Assembly: GCA_964035545.1 (NCBI GenBank) | Contig: OZ037767.1 | Span: forward strand, 2,863,680-2,927,679 | Length of the DNA: 64,000 nt | Direction of reading: 5' to 3' | DNA from: Bugula neritina | Taxonomy: Eukaryota > Animalia > Bryozoa | Part shown: one piece after another, positions 27,301 through 38,562 of the stretch | How positions within the stretch are numbered: position 1 is the first letter of the stretch | Layout of the letters: each line of letters starts with the position of its first letter | Notes under the pieces: model-generated | Database searches by the model: none | What the model saw: only the letters and a program-made list of their open reading frames with translations | What the model was told of the DNA's origin: nothing | Made by a program: the position numbers and the translations under genes

Positions 27301-30300
27301 GTGTAATATAATATTACTATGTGTTATTTAAAGTGCAAGGTGTGTAATACAATACTACTATATGCTATGTCATATGACAAAACATATGCTACTAGCTACC
27401 TATGTCATAGTATTTACCATTTTCATGTTTCATTTACAGAGAACAAGACAGAATTACGTTGACAGTATGTTAATAAACAGCTGTGGCTACGGACTGGGCA
27501 TCATACCTATACGAGATCCAAGGGAGATTACTCCTTATGACAGAGCAAAGAATGAAGGCAACATGTGGAGCAAACTGATAGCACAAAGTGCTAGAGATTC
27601 AAGTAATAACAGTAACTAGTTTAGGGTGGTGTGACTATTACCCAGCTTAGAAACCACATTATAATATAGGAAGGCAGGCTAAATCAAAAGGAAGGGTATG
27701 AAAACTTATATATAACAGTTAATGGAATATAAAAATGTTATTCAACAGTTATCAACAATACAGATGATGCTATAACTTTTTCAACTAAGCTGAGTTGTAC
27801 ATTAGGAACATGAGAACAGACTAGTGTTTTCAATATGCCAGCTGTGGAGCCATGTATTTTTAGAACATAAGTTAGTTTAATTCAAAAGCACACATGATGT
27901 TATTTTATAATAAGCCCATAGTAACACAACTGCCAAAGAAAATCCCTGTATATCATACAGACCAAAATATCACCCACCAAAGTTGGAATTATACAAATAC
28001 TCAAATATTATTACTACAAGTGGGCAAATACAACACTAGGGAAGTTTTTTCAAAGGTTTTGCCACTGCTTCATAGCTTTAAACATCACAAAGGTAGTTCT
28101 CCTATTTCTTGGCCCAACTTAATGGAATAATTCCAGAAACTCGAGTAACAAATGGCCAATATAGGAGGTAACAAACGAGAACATGACTTGACGTGCTTCT
28201 AAGATGTCTAAAAGATGTCTACCGTGTGGATATGGAAACATGTTATGACTAGAATTATAAAATAAATATTGTTATTGCTGTGAGACACGAGCTGTGACAG
28301 ACAGATGCCAAAATACTGCCTGAATCCATGCGTGGATGCCGAAATAGAGATTGCACCATTTCCATAACAATTGATAAGCTACCCCCTCCAAGACTGGGCC
28401 TACATAATATTAATTCCCATTGATAAATGAACTATAAGAAGGGTGGTGTTTGGGACGCCCTGCCTTCCAGGAACTGCTGAATGAAAAACTGCTGTCACTA
28501 AGTTGAGGTTTGCAAAAAGCAGCCACAAAACACTTTCAGTTTTGAATGGAAAGTAAATAACGACAGTGCAAGACATTGTTTACATCAAAACTCATCTGCA
28601 AGCGTGCATGACCTTCATCTCTGGGAAGTCAAGGTCAACTGAGGTGCCAAAAAGTCTTCTTAGAAAACAACTGTGTGTTGAGTAAACAGGCTGCATGTCT
28701 ATTAAACATGCAGCAAAGCCTGACTCACTGCAACAGACACTTTGCAAAGCCAAAATCACTTGCAATAAACTAAAAACTTAGCCATTGAAGTGAAGCAAGT
28801 TCTAGCAAATTTGCAAGTTTCTCATTATAAATTGGTTTTGATAAAAACCCTGTACCTCTGCACCTAATAGACGGAACAGCTCTGGTGTGACAGAATTACC
28901 TTATCTAATTAGAAATTAACCATAATTTATTTTAATGCTAATTATAACCATTGTGCGAGTTGATGGGTCTATCACCCTCACAACCATAATGTTCTTATAT
29001 CAATATTTAAATGAGCATTACTGTTAATTAGCTGTAATCCTATAATGATATACTAAGTCACCAAAGACAAGGTAGGATAAAAAGTGTGAAGCAGATAATC
29101 TAATCTTCCGTTAAGCACATAGGAGTCACACCTCACGACCCACAACAATAGAATATCAAATATTTAAAATATTCATTTTTTATAATCAGAATAATGATGG
29201 TAATGGGGAATTCACGATGTACATTAAGTGCACTTCTGCTTTGTACTGACTTAGCATATAGCAGACAATGGTGTAGAAATAGAGTGAATAAGCAACTGCT
29301 AAGAATCGCCTTCTCTCTGTTGACCTTGTGTTATAGCTTTGGTTAGGATATAGGAATTAAATTTGGTCATCTTTTCTGGTAAATTTAATTTTGGCAAACC
29401 TTAAAAATAAGAAATTCTACACACGTTAAAACTGATGTCAGCCATTGATGATTAAATAATGAATATATTTTAGGCTGAAGCCACATTTCCTCAAAATTTA
29501 TTGACTTTTGCAGAGATGATCACATAACATGCTGTGACAGTCATGTGACATGCTGTGACAGTCATCTGATATATTGTGACAGTGAGTTCAACAAGTGTTT
29601 ATCAAGACTTAATAATAAATTGACAAGTAAAAATGACGGAAACAACTGCACGAAAGAGAAGACAATTCCATTTAACTCACAAATAGGCTATTTACATGAG
29701 CTTGAATGAAAATCTTTATGAAAATATTATGCTCTAAATTACAGACTATCCTTGAATGAGGATAGTGAGCGTGTGTCTATCTTTTACTTGGTGAATGCTT
29801 GTACCCATTAATTCTCCATGACATATAATACTTTTATTAATGTGCACAAAAATGTATAATACTCTTACGAAGTTATGACATCTCATAATATTGAACTGGA
29901 TTTTTAGGAGTTGTGGTACCTGGTAAAGTGCAACCAGAGGGTTTGGAATTGTAAAATTTTGTCATGTAGCATAATAATGGTTGGGAGTTGAGACATTTTG
30001 TAGAATGAAGCCAAAGCTGGTATATCTGTCATGTTGAGACTCACAATACTATCTTATGTGCTTTCTAGTATCACACGTCAAATTTTAGGTCACAATTGTT
30101 TTATATATACAAAGAGCGATAACTCTCAATACAAATAATACCTTGGCCTAAACTTTTTGGAATATGTAGTAGGTAGATTATTTGTAAAACTTGCAACTCA
30201 AACTAAACTCCGTCAATTTGTAGGACCACAGAATGTGATAAAGTTTTAAATCGCCCAAAAGTGAAAAGCATTGTAACTAAAATAATAAAAAAAAACTAAT

Positions 30301-33300
30301 ACTGTGAGAAGTTATGCTCTCAACAGTGGACCCGATCATTGAAGAATCATAACACGGTGATGAAGAAGATTGCTACACTTCCAATCTTAGGGTTATGTGA
30401 ATAGATTTTTTGGGTCGCTGTTTGGAAACAGTTGCATCGAATGAAACCACAGCCATAAGTTCATGCAGACCCCAACCACAGATTAATTCGAGCATCCATT
30501 TACATAAGCAATGGAAACGCAGTGATATATAGCAATAGCCCAATAACTATAACAAACCAACTCACCACAAAGTTTCATGCAGCCCTCCCGAATAGCAGTG
30601 GGCAGTTCCCGAGGTTTACAAGTCCTCACGGCTTCAGCTATGGCTTGTATGTGATCGGGAGTTGTCCCACAACAGCCACCGACAATGTTTACCAGACCGT
30701 CTTCTGCAAAGCTCTTCAAACATAGTATTATAACATGTGTTATCTAGCAGAGTGCTAAACTCTTAGCTTGAGCTCTCTAAACCCCCCTCTCTCCCCGCCT
30801 TTTTTTCAACCCTTTTTACCACCTATCCCTTTCTCCACCCTGTCTCTCATTATCTGCCGCCCTTCTCTCTACCTCCCTCCCCATTTCTTTGTCTCTCCTT
30901 TATTTTAACCTCTCCCTCTCTCTCTCTTTTTATATCCTATTTCCATCTCCCTACCTCTCACAGAAACCATTAGACAGGGAAACACACCCAATCATATTCA
31001 AATAAATTATATACCTATTTGCTATGACTTCTTTAACTCTAATAGACACTATTGGCCCATCTATTTGCTAATACATTCTTATATCTTGGGTTGTTATTAA
31101 ATACTAGATTTTTTCAAGAGTTATGCTAAGTTAGTACTTGTATAAACAAGGGGGCACACTAAATCCCCCCCCCCCTTAAACCAGTGCTGACTCTACTTAC
31201 TTTGATATATCCAGCAGTCATCTCAGGGGTCTCATCATATTCACCAAAGGTGTTGGGTAGACCAGCATTAGGGTAACACAGCACGTAATCTGTGGTGTTC
31301 AGAGATATGTTAGCTATGAAAGGCCTCATCTCATTGGCTCCCAGGGCGCAATTCAGCCCAACACTATGAAATGATGCAAAAAGTTAATACATCTGGATTT
31401 ACCAGGAGATTTTGTAAGAAAAGTAAGGGATTCACATAATTTAAAGACAGGTTGGATAAGCACCCCTGACTAAATAGAACACAGGCTAAGATATGTAGAG
31501 TACCTAGAGTCCCCACGATAAGTCTCAATTTAAAGCATATTGATTGTATACAAAGGTAATACACCAACACCTTTACATATTGAGACTGTTATCTGGAGGG
31601 ACAGAAGTTAGTTTGAGGTTTGAGAAAGATCCCTTGTGCAATCATAGTACATGAGAAATAATAATATGACGATATGACATAATATGATATATTATGATGA
31701 TATAGCCTAGGGCCACACTGTGCGTATTTTCGCATGCAAAAATTGAAATCACAAGTAGCAAAGGTGTCCACTGTGCGCGTTGAGAAAACATTCGCACTTG
31801 TCGCTCTGCATTTTCAACGCAAGTGCGAATCGTCTCTGTCGTCGTCACCTAATTGGCTGGTAGTTATTAAGCGAGCCCAATTTCTTTATTTTAGTACTAA
31901 ATTCCAGTAAATTGCGTTTTATTGAAAGCGAGTGCGATTTAAAAATGAAAGCTTTATTTATCACGCATCACTGACGCTACAGTGGACACCTTTGCTACTT
32001 GTGATTTCAATTTTCGCATGCGAAAATACGCACCGTGTGGCCCTAGGCATAATGTAAAAGACTTACGCAAGGGGGTTGGCATGGCTAGTACTGATGAGAA
32101 AAGCTTCACTCATTTGTCCAGACAGGGTGCGTCCACTCAAGTCTACTACAGTACCTGATACCTGAAACAAGCAGACGTTAAGTGGACAGCAGGCAGAGAA
32201 ACGCTATTACTGTAAGTAAGGGAGAACGACTACTGTTGATAAAACGACTGCAGGTAATAATTTTTATGCTTAGACTTTATCACAAGTACTTTATCACAAG
32301 TACAACTGTAAGTGAGCTTATGTGAAACATTTTGTAATATCTTTACAACTTCTTTACATAATTCTCCTTCAAACTGCCACAGTATTAGCAGTACGTAAAA
32401 ACACACCCCTTAACCACACTTTGCATATACACATAGACAATATTACAGTGCAGGTAAGATGGCAGCAGTGAGAATCGCTGACTACAGCTGAACCTACAAA
32501 TATTGGCAGAGTGGTGTTGAGTTCAGTGAAAACATTTTCAATGGCAAACAGAGCCGCCTTTGCATTGGCCGTGTCAAAGATTGTCTCGACCAATAAAACA
32601 TCGGCACCGCCTTCAATCAGTCCTTGCGCCTGAGTTGTGTATGCAGCTACCAGCTCATCAAAAGCTGCAAAGAGAAATGAATTAACTATTTACAACTAAT
32701 ATACAACAACTTGTGAGCAGCTAGACAAATGATTATATATAATCATAAACCTGCAGAGTGTGCATTATAAAAACTAAGTTCTACTGGTCAGCTTTAGGTA
32801 TTTTAATGACTGTATCTGAAAAAAAGATACAAAAATTAATAATGCATTAAAACAAATCATGGAATATTTGGATGAAAGTGAGACAATAATAAGAGCACTA
32901 TACTAGTCTAAATAAAGTCTACAAAAGCTGATGAATTTAAGTAACACAAAACAAATCCCTGATCCTGATAACATGACGACTCTCATTTCTGTACTTCAAC
33001 ATGACAAAATAAGAAATGATAGTTTCTGGACCACAAAAAGGAATTACAACTCCCACTCAACTGGATGGGATATTTATATAAAGCAAACAGTAAACACTTA
33101 CTAATATTTCTAAACTCTGGCTGCTCCACTGAAGGAGATATGGAAAGAGTGCGGTTGGTGGGTCCTAAAGCCCCGGCAACGTAACGCCTCACCCCTAAAG
33201 AAAATGGGCTAGGTAATATATAGCATAGTGCAGGTAGGTAATGTATACAATACAGTATTACAGGTAGGTAATGTATACACTACAGTAGTAGAGATGACAG

Positions 33301-36291
33301 GGACTAATGTGCCAAAAAGTTTTACTAAATCATTGTCCCCTTAAACTGATGGGCGAACTTCATTAGCTGCTCAAAACAGGAGATCCTTCAAATATTGATT
33401 GATTTATTATTGCTGTTTCATTTCAACTTATCTTGTCAGCTTCAACCATTAATCTCAATGAAGACTCATAAAGCACACATCATATTATAATACATCATGG
33501 AACAAATAATATATTATGTAAACGTGTATGAAGAAATAACATATGAGCAGGCAATGACTTGCGTTAAAGTATTATAAACTTTGTAACAATTTATATCAGC
33601 GTAGTGACCCGCAACTGGACATGAGTTGAGTCATTATAGCTCGTTGAAGCCACAGGTAGAATTACTGATATAAACAGAAAGAAATAGAATTTACCTGTAG
33701 CCTGCGTGACTTCCTCTACGGCCTCCTTGGCTATCCTGGCGCTCTCGTAGTTGAGTCTATATGCCAAGTGCTCGAGAGCGTAATCTGCCTGGGCTACAGT
33801 TGTGGAGCTAAAGGTGTTGGTCTCAATAAAGTCTGCCCCGGCCCGCAAATATTGCTAAAAATCAACAAATAAAGAAACTCTACTAGCATGCTATTCCTGC
33901 GGTCATGTTTCATTTTGGCTGTCAACACTCATGCGGTTGATTTAACTGCATGGTCCATCCAAGACCTTTATGCGTGTTGTATAAGAAATAGGGCTACACT
34001 AGACTATTTGAACTTGTACACACAGTAATATTGGGGTACAGCTACACGTACATCACTACTAACAGCTTACTGAGCATCATTTACATTGCATGAAAATTTG
34101 AACCATTTCTATTTGCGGTTGAATGGGAGAAATAAAACTTTGTCAATGAAATTATTTAGGGGAATTTAGGCAACCTATGTAGCTACTAAAAATAGAACTT
34201 TGACCCAATAGCCCAAGTAACCCCACTAGGTGGGGCAAAGTCACTAAGTCATAAAGTTTCCAGCCTTCCCGAGTACAGAGTTCAGAATAAAAAACAATTA
34301 AGGAATTAGTGTGGAAAATTTTGCACATTATAGGAGGTCATGCTAGGTTGACAGGCTGATACTGTGTGTATTTGTCCACTGATAGATAACACAGCACACC
34401 CTGGTGGCGTGTTGTCAACATTAGCAAGGCAATTCACTAGAGCAGTAATATATCAAAGCTGAAATTCCACATATGACAGTTAATATATAATATATTGAAG
34501 GTAGTGTGTAATACAATGGAACAACAATGTGTAATATAGTGTAACTATGATGTAATATATTGGAGCTAAGACATACTAGATTGAAGTTAGGGTGTAATAT
34601 ACTGGAGTTAAAATGTAGCACCATAAGTAGCATATTAAAGTTAAAGAGTTATATTTTGAAGGTATTGGGTATATTATTGAATTCAGCTGTAAAAGATGCA
34701 CACCGCATGGCAATGTCATGTAGTCTCAGAATCTGGAAAACCCCAGAAATTTCTATAGTAAATTTATTATCCACCTCTTGTAGCTAATGCCACAGTCAAA
34801 ATTTTCTAGTATGTAAACAACTAGGATAGAATAGGCTAGATGTAAGAGAAATAATTATCTAATTTTTGTTCAGATGAAATCAGGAAAAAGTGCACGGACA
34901 AAATAACTTTCGCAATGATCAAATTAATAAATAGTGAGTCCATAGATACACTCACGCTTAGATTGATGGAAAAACAGTGGCACATTATTTGCATAGCTGT
35001 TATCTGCCCACATTATAGATCCAAGTGTTAATCACAAAACAGAAACTGGTCATGACAATATATTACAGGTGATATTTTTAAAAAAAAATTCAAGAACTCC
35101 TTAAAAGATTTATTATTTGAAGAAAAAACCTACTAATCAGGTTGGAGTACGAAGGAAATAATCGAGAGAGCGCTGAAACTGTTGACAGGGAAGACAACTC
35201 ACTAAATGTATGTCTTTGATATATGCAGGTTGAGTAATGCTGAGCACATCATTGTTTCCCGAGAGAGGTTTAGGATGGTCGGATAACTCCTCTCCCCTGA
35301 AATCTTCCTCGGTCAGTTTGAGTCTCTGAATCATAGTACCCATAGCTCCGTCCATCACCATGATCCTCTGGGACAGAGTTTTCTGCAGAGCTGCAAATAC
35401 TGATATCTTAGGGCACGTTTCTATAAACCCCTTTCACGATAAGTATATTTCACAAGGTTACTAGACTTAACCGTAAAGTGCAACGGATATTATCAATGAA
35501 GCTATCATTTTTTATAAATACAAGATAGATGAGAATAATTAAAGGTCATTGAACAGTTCTTCATATCATTAGAAAACTTGAAGTTTGCTCATTCTAATTC
35601 TAAAAATGTTTAGCAAATTGAAAAAACTATATTATACAAAACAGGAAAACAACTTGTCCAATAAGGTATGATGTAATCATACATAATGCAGTTACATAAC
35701 ACATGTGCTTTATTATAACATATAATCCAATTTGCTGAAGTGTATATCCCTATGCAAAGTAGGATTCTCAACCACAAACTTTGTAGTGGCATGGAAACGA
35801 GACAAGGTAGCAGAAGATGTTTTGGCTTGTGTCGTGAAAAACAGACATATAGAATTTAGACACTTTTAAAGTCAACACCTGTAACCATCTTTTACCAACC
35901 TGAAACTTTTACAAAACTGAGTGAGTGTAAGGGTTGACACCTCATGACTCTTAGCATTTTTTTTCACTAAAAACCTGAAACTTTTACATTTCTACTGAGC
36001 TTTAGAAAAAAAGTTTTACATGTGAAACGACTGGCATTGTAATTTATTTAATATTCTTCCAACTTTGCATCTTAGTGCTTCATAAATAAATGGGCAAAAA
36101 ATTCAATGATGATAAACTAGAAATTCTTTCTTCGCCCTCAAACAAATCAACAAGTAAAAAAATTTGGGATTTTTAAAATAAAACAAAAAAATTGTTCCCT
36201 GTCACAAGACACCCAACAACAACAAAATACCTAACACGACAGCACATTTAAAAATACTCAGCCTACCTGCTTTGACATCCATATGATCCAT
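361..36291 (-). CDS. MTR: Cobalamin-dependent methionine synthase, 5' part (Hcy-binding, folate-binding and start of cap domain); continues beyond the left edge
   Basis: 16 GT-AG exons joining in frame (2139 nt, 713 codons): 36291-36267, 35420-35203, 33854-33695, 33194-33102, 32664-32498, 32161-32067, 31363-31201, 30713-30566, 15585-15473, 10416-10276, 8299-8114, 7795-7616, 5530-5414, 1493-1353, 925-833, 459-361. MetH motifs [72 protein letters not shown]. First exon (MDHMDVKA) is the least certain. Confidence 0.97.
1051..1360 (-). repeat. 21/22-bp tandem array of the MTR exon 14 end plus 5' splice site
   Basis: About 15 copies of CTCACCTGAGTATACAGTACA (minus strand TATACTCAG|GTGAGTGTACTG); the copy at 1348-1360 carries the genuine donor. 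Confidence 0.95.
11394..12642 (+). CDS. THAP zinc-finger protein (truncated transposase N-terminus of the Kolobok element)
   Basis: Exon 11394-11647 (C-EAAM-C...F..P...W...RL-C-FQ-H-F) splices in phase 2 to 12151, giving the THAP 'AVPTI' box. It either stops at 12313 or splices (12309|GTAAGG) to 12441-12642 (basic, RSKAVQC). No catalytic domain follows. Confidence 0.8.
13030..14756 (-). CDS. KolX / P2X7 cytoplasmic ballast-like Cys-rich protein, 208 aa, 3 exons
   Basis: Exons 14756-14562, 13554-13347, 13253-13030 join in frame (627 nt, no stops): acidic N-terminus with YQFEP, then [19 protein letters not shown]...CITQHP...N.KKRFCSYR...W...GERRPLPAC...FP. Confidence 0.88.
15346..15436. repeat. 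33-bp tandem repeat (~2.7 copies) beside MTR exon 9
   Basis: CCCTGTATTAGTAAGTTACTAGACCTACATGTA repeated. Confidence 0.85.
15622..15772. repeat. Degenerate ~21-bp minisatellite upstream of the MTR exon 9 acceptor
   Basis: About 7 copies resembling CATGTATATAACACCTCAGGT. Confidence 0.8.
16669..16926. mobile_element. Possible small MITE
   Basis: Short inverted termini AACTATAACCC / GGGTTATAGTT bracketing a CpG-richer 260-bp segment; TSD ambiguous (possibly TA). Confidence 0.4.
17700..20052 (+). CDS. Nested secreted 8-Cys peptide A (eclosion-hormone-like Cys spacing), 111 aa
   Basis: TATATAAA at 17595; phase-0 exons 17700-17753 ([18 protein letters not shown]), 18838-18987 ([50 protein letters not shown]), 19921-20052 ([43 protein letters not shown]). 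Canonical splice sites. Confidence 0.85.
22425..23834 (+). CDS. Nested secreted 8-Cys peptide B, ~110 aa
   Basis: TATAAAA at 22307; exons 22425-22475 ([17 protein letters not shown]), 23329 (or 23335)-23475 ([49 protein letters not shown]), 23700-23834 ([44 protein letters not shown]). Confidence 0.85.
25015..25102. repeat. Degenerate (CCCTAC/CCCTGC)n tract, G-quadruplex-prone on the minus strand
   Basis: Many runs of 3 or more C at ~6-bp spacing. Confidence 0.7.
26500..27619 (+). CDS. Nested secreted 8-Cys peptide C, ~117-122 aa
   Basis: TATATAAAA at 26397; exons 26500-26532 ([11 protein letters not shown]), 27076 (or 27061)-27216 ([47 protein letters not shown]), 27440-27619 ([59 protein letters not shown]). 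Confidence 0.85.
27183..27376 (+). repeat. 41-bp tandem array of the peptide C exon 2 end plus splice donor
   Basis: ATATAATATTACTATATGTCATATGGAGTGTAAG|GTGTGTA about 4.5 times; AAG|GT junctions after 27216, 27257, 27298, 27339. Confidence 0.9.
30781..30960. repeat. Polypyrimidine/polypurine low-complexity tract in MTR intron 7
   Basis: ~180 bp strongly C/T-dominated on the plus strand. Confidence 0.75.
31711..32042. mobile_element. MITE with ~64-bp TIRs in MTR intron 6
   Basis: GGCCACACTGTGCGTATTTTCGCATGCAAAAATTGAAATCACAAGTAGCAAAGGTGTCCACTGT and its near-perfect reverse complement at 31979-32042; flanked by CTAG on both sides (or TA if each terminus includes one more base). Confidence 0.9.
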
Positions 36292-37269
36292 TCTGGCGCT
36301 TCCCTCTGAATCTGTCCGAGAAAAAAATAAATTGAAACAAATATATATCTATATAAAGATGATTCGACATTTACAACTGAATATTATATAGTCCTAGCGA
36401 AAATAACAATATCATAATTTTTTCCAGTATTATAATTGGTGAACACTATTAATTGATAACAATTATACTTATAGCTTAAATTATTCTTTATCTTAGGTAA
36501 ATTGCTAAGTTTGCAGGTGATAATACTAATAAGTAATTGCATCATAATTACTATTACTATTAGTATTACTAAACTTACCTATAATTTCATTATATTTATT
36601 ATTTATCATCAATCATAATCATATTTAAATTATCGTTGCTACACTCCCATATACAAATAGTTTACTATACTAATAATAAATATTATTATAATTACAAATT
36701 ATATATTGTTAGCCTTATTAATATTATATATAATAATATATTATTATACTGCATAAACTTAAAGTGACAATCATAATTATTTTAGTTTTACTCAATATCA
36801 TGACAAATTTCAATTCAATGAGACTGGGTGACAGTATCATACTGATAGTGATGGTGTATCAGAATAAAAGTAATAACCACAATCACAATGACAATAGTTA
36901 TTAATTACATTATCATTATGAACATGTTGAACTTGATCACTAGTTGATGTTACATGAAGTTGAACATCATAATTATCAAGCTCAGCATGAACATGAGCAC
37001 CAGATTCAGTATTAGCATCATACTAAGTCTAACTATGAGTATGGAGTTGAGAAATCACTATCAGTAGAGTATCAGCATCACATTGACATTTTGATTCGCA
37101 GTTCACTATCACTATGATCTTGAGCTTGAAGTATGTCTATGATAATGATCATAAATAAAATTATTTTCGATTACGAATTACTATTAAATTTAGTATGAAA
37201 TTAAATATCAAAACCACTGCATGAATGTCCAATTTTACAGCTAAATGAACTTTGTAAAAAATGTTATGC

Positions 37270-37900
37270 TTATTAACACGTTGTTTTTTAATCAGGTTTC
37301 ACCGGTGTTGACGAAAACGCGAGTATTAAATGCATGTTTTATAGTTGCTCCATTGTGTTTATATTACACTCCAGAATAAAAGAAAAAATAGTTTTATAAG
37401 CAGCCTCAAGTTGGGAGCGACAGAGTGCAGTGGTTTGCAGTTCTCAAGTTTAAAGCTGGGAGTTTTAGTAAACGCCAACTCTAAACATGAGAATTTTAAA
37501 CTACTGCACTTATTCACCCTCGATTTTGAGCTGTTTATAGAATTATTTACACAGAAGCACACGCAATCTCCAATAAGTTGTGTTCTTATTATTTTACGAA
37601 AGCCTTAAAGACTGCTCGATAATACTAAAAAAAATTAAATTAAAATAGCAGGTTATAAAACATTTGTAAGTTGTACTCGCTACCGATGAATATAATCTTC
37701 GTGGTAGCTTGAAATTGTGACGTTTGACGCCGTATCGAAACATTAGGTGCAAAAAGATCCATTTCAATGCAAATCATTTTTCAGTACCCGGGAGCTAAGG
37801 TTGCGGACTAGTACATTTCCAAACTTCTCTGCTGAAATGTTTTTTTTTTCAATTTTCTCGCTTTTATCCCTTCATTGATAATTTAAATTTCTAAATAAGT
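37270..37900. promoter_or_regulatory. Probable bidirectional promoter region shared by MTR and PIGT
   Basis: CpG-enriched patch between divergent genes whose ATGs (36291, 38563) are each immediately preceded by a splice acceptor, implying non-coding first exons here. Confidence 0.55.
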
Positions 37901-38562
37901 GTAACATTAGCTAGTAAGTGTAACTAATAGTAATACTATAACATTAACTGTCATAAAGTATTATTACTATTACTATTAGTATTAGAAATAGAAATCATAG
38001 TAAAACTAAAAGTAAAACTAAATCACTAATCAGTAAAACTAAATCAAAATCAAAATGTAGTACTAGTAGACTAATACTAATTTAATACTAATAGTAATAC
38101 TAGTAATACTAAATCTAATAGTAATATTTATTTAATAGTAATACTTATGGTTATGACATTGATTGCTTAATTTCAAATTAGTCAAATTTGCATAATCATA
38201 ATCATAATGGTCATGTATAAAAATTCAAAATAAAAATTGGTACAAGCATGTAGTGTGTGCACCTGCACCACAGCAATGGCCTTCAAACCATGTTTTCAGC
38301 TTGCTGCTAACCACAGTCCTTAGCCTGCTTAAAAACCCTTCTTACCATTAGAGGTTTTCACAATGATAATGGCTTTAAACAAAAATGTGTTTATATGGGT
38401 TGAAGCAATAAGAAACTTAATGACTAACCAAGTTGGGTCATGATTTAGCCAAAGAAAAGTCAAGTCCGTATTTATTTGAAATGACTTGCAAGTAGTCTAA
38501 TATAATATAATTCCTATGTTGTAGAAGCTGTTGGGCTAGCCAAATAGTCAGAAGTTGAAATC

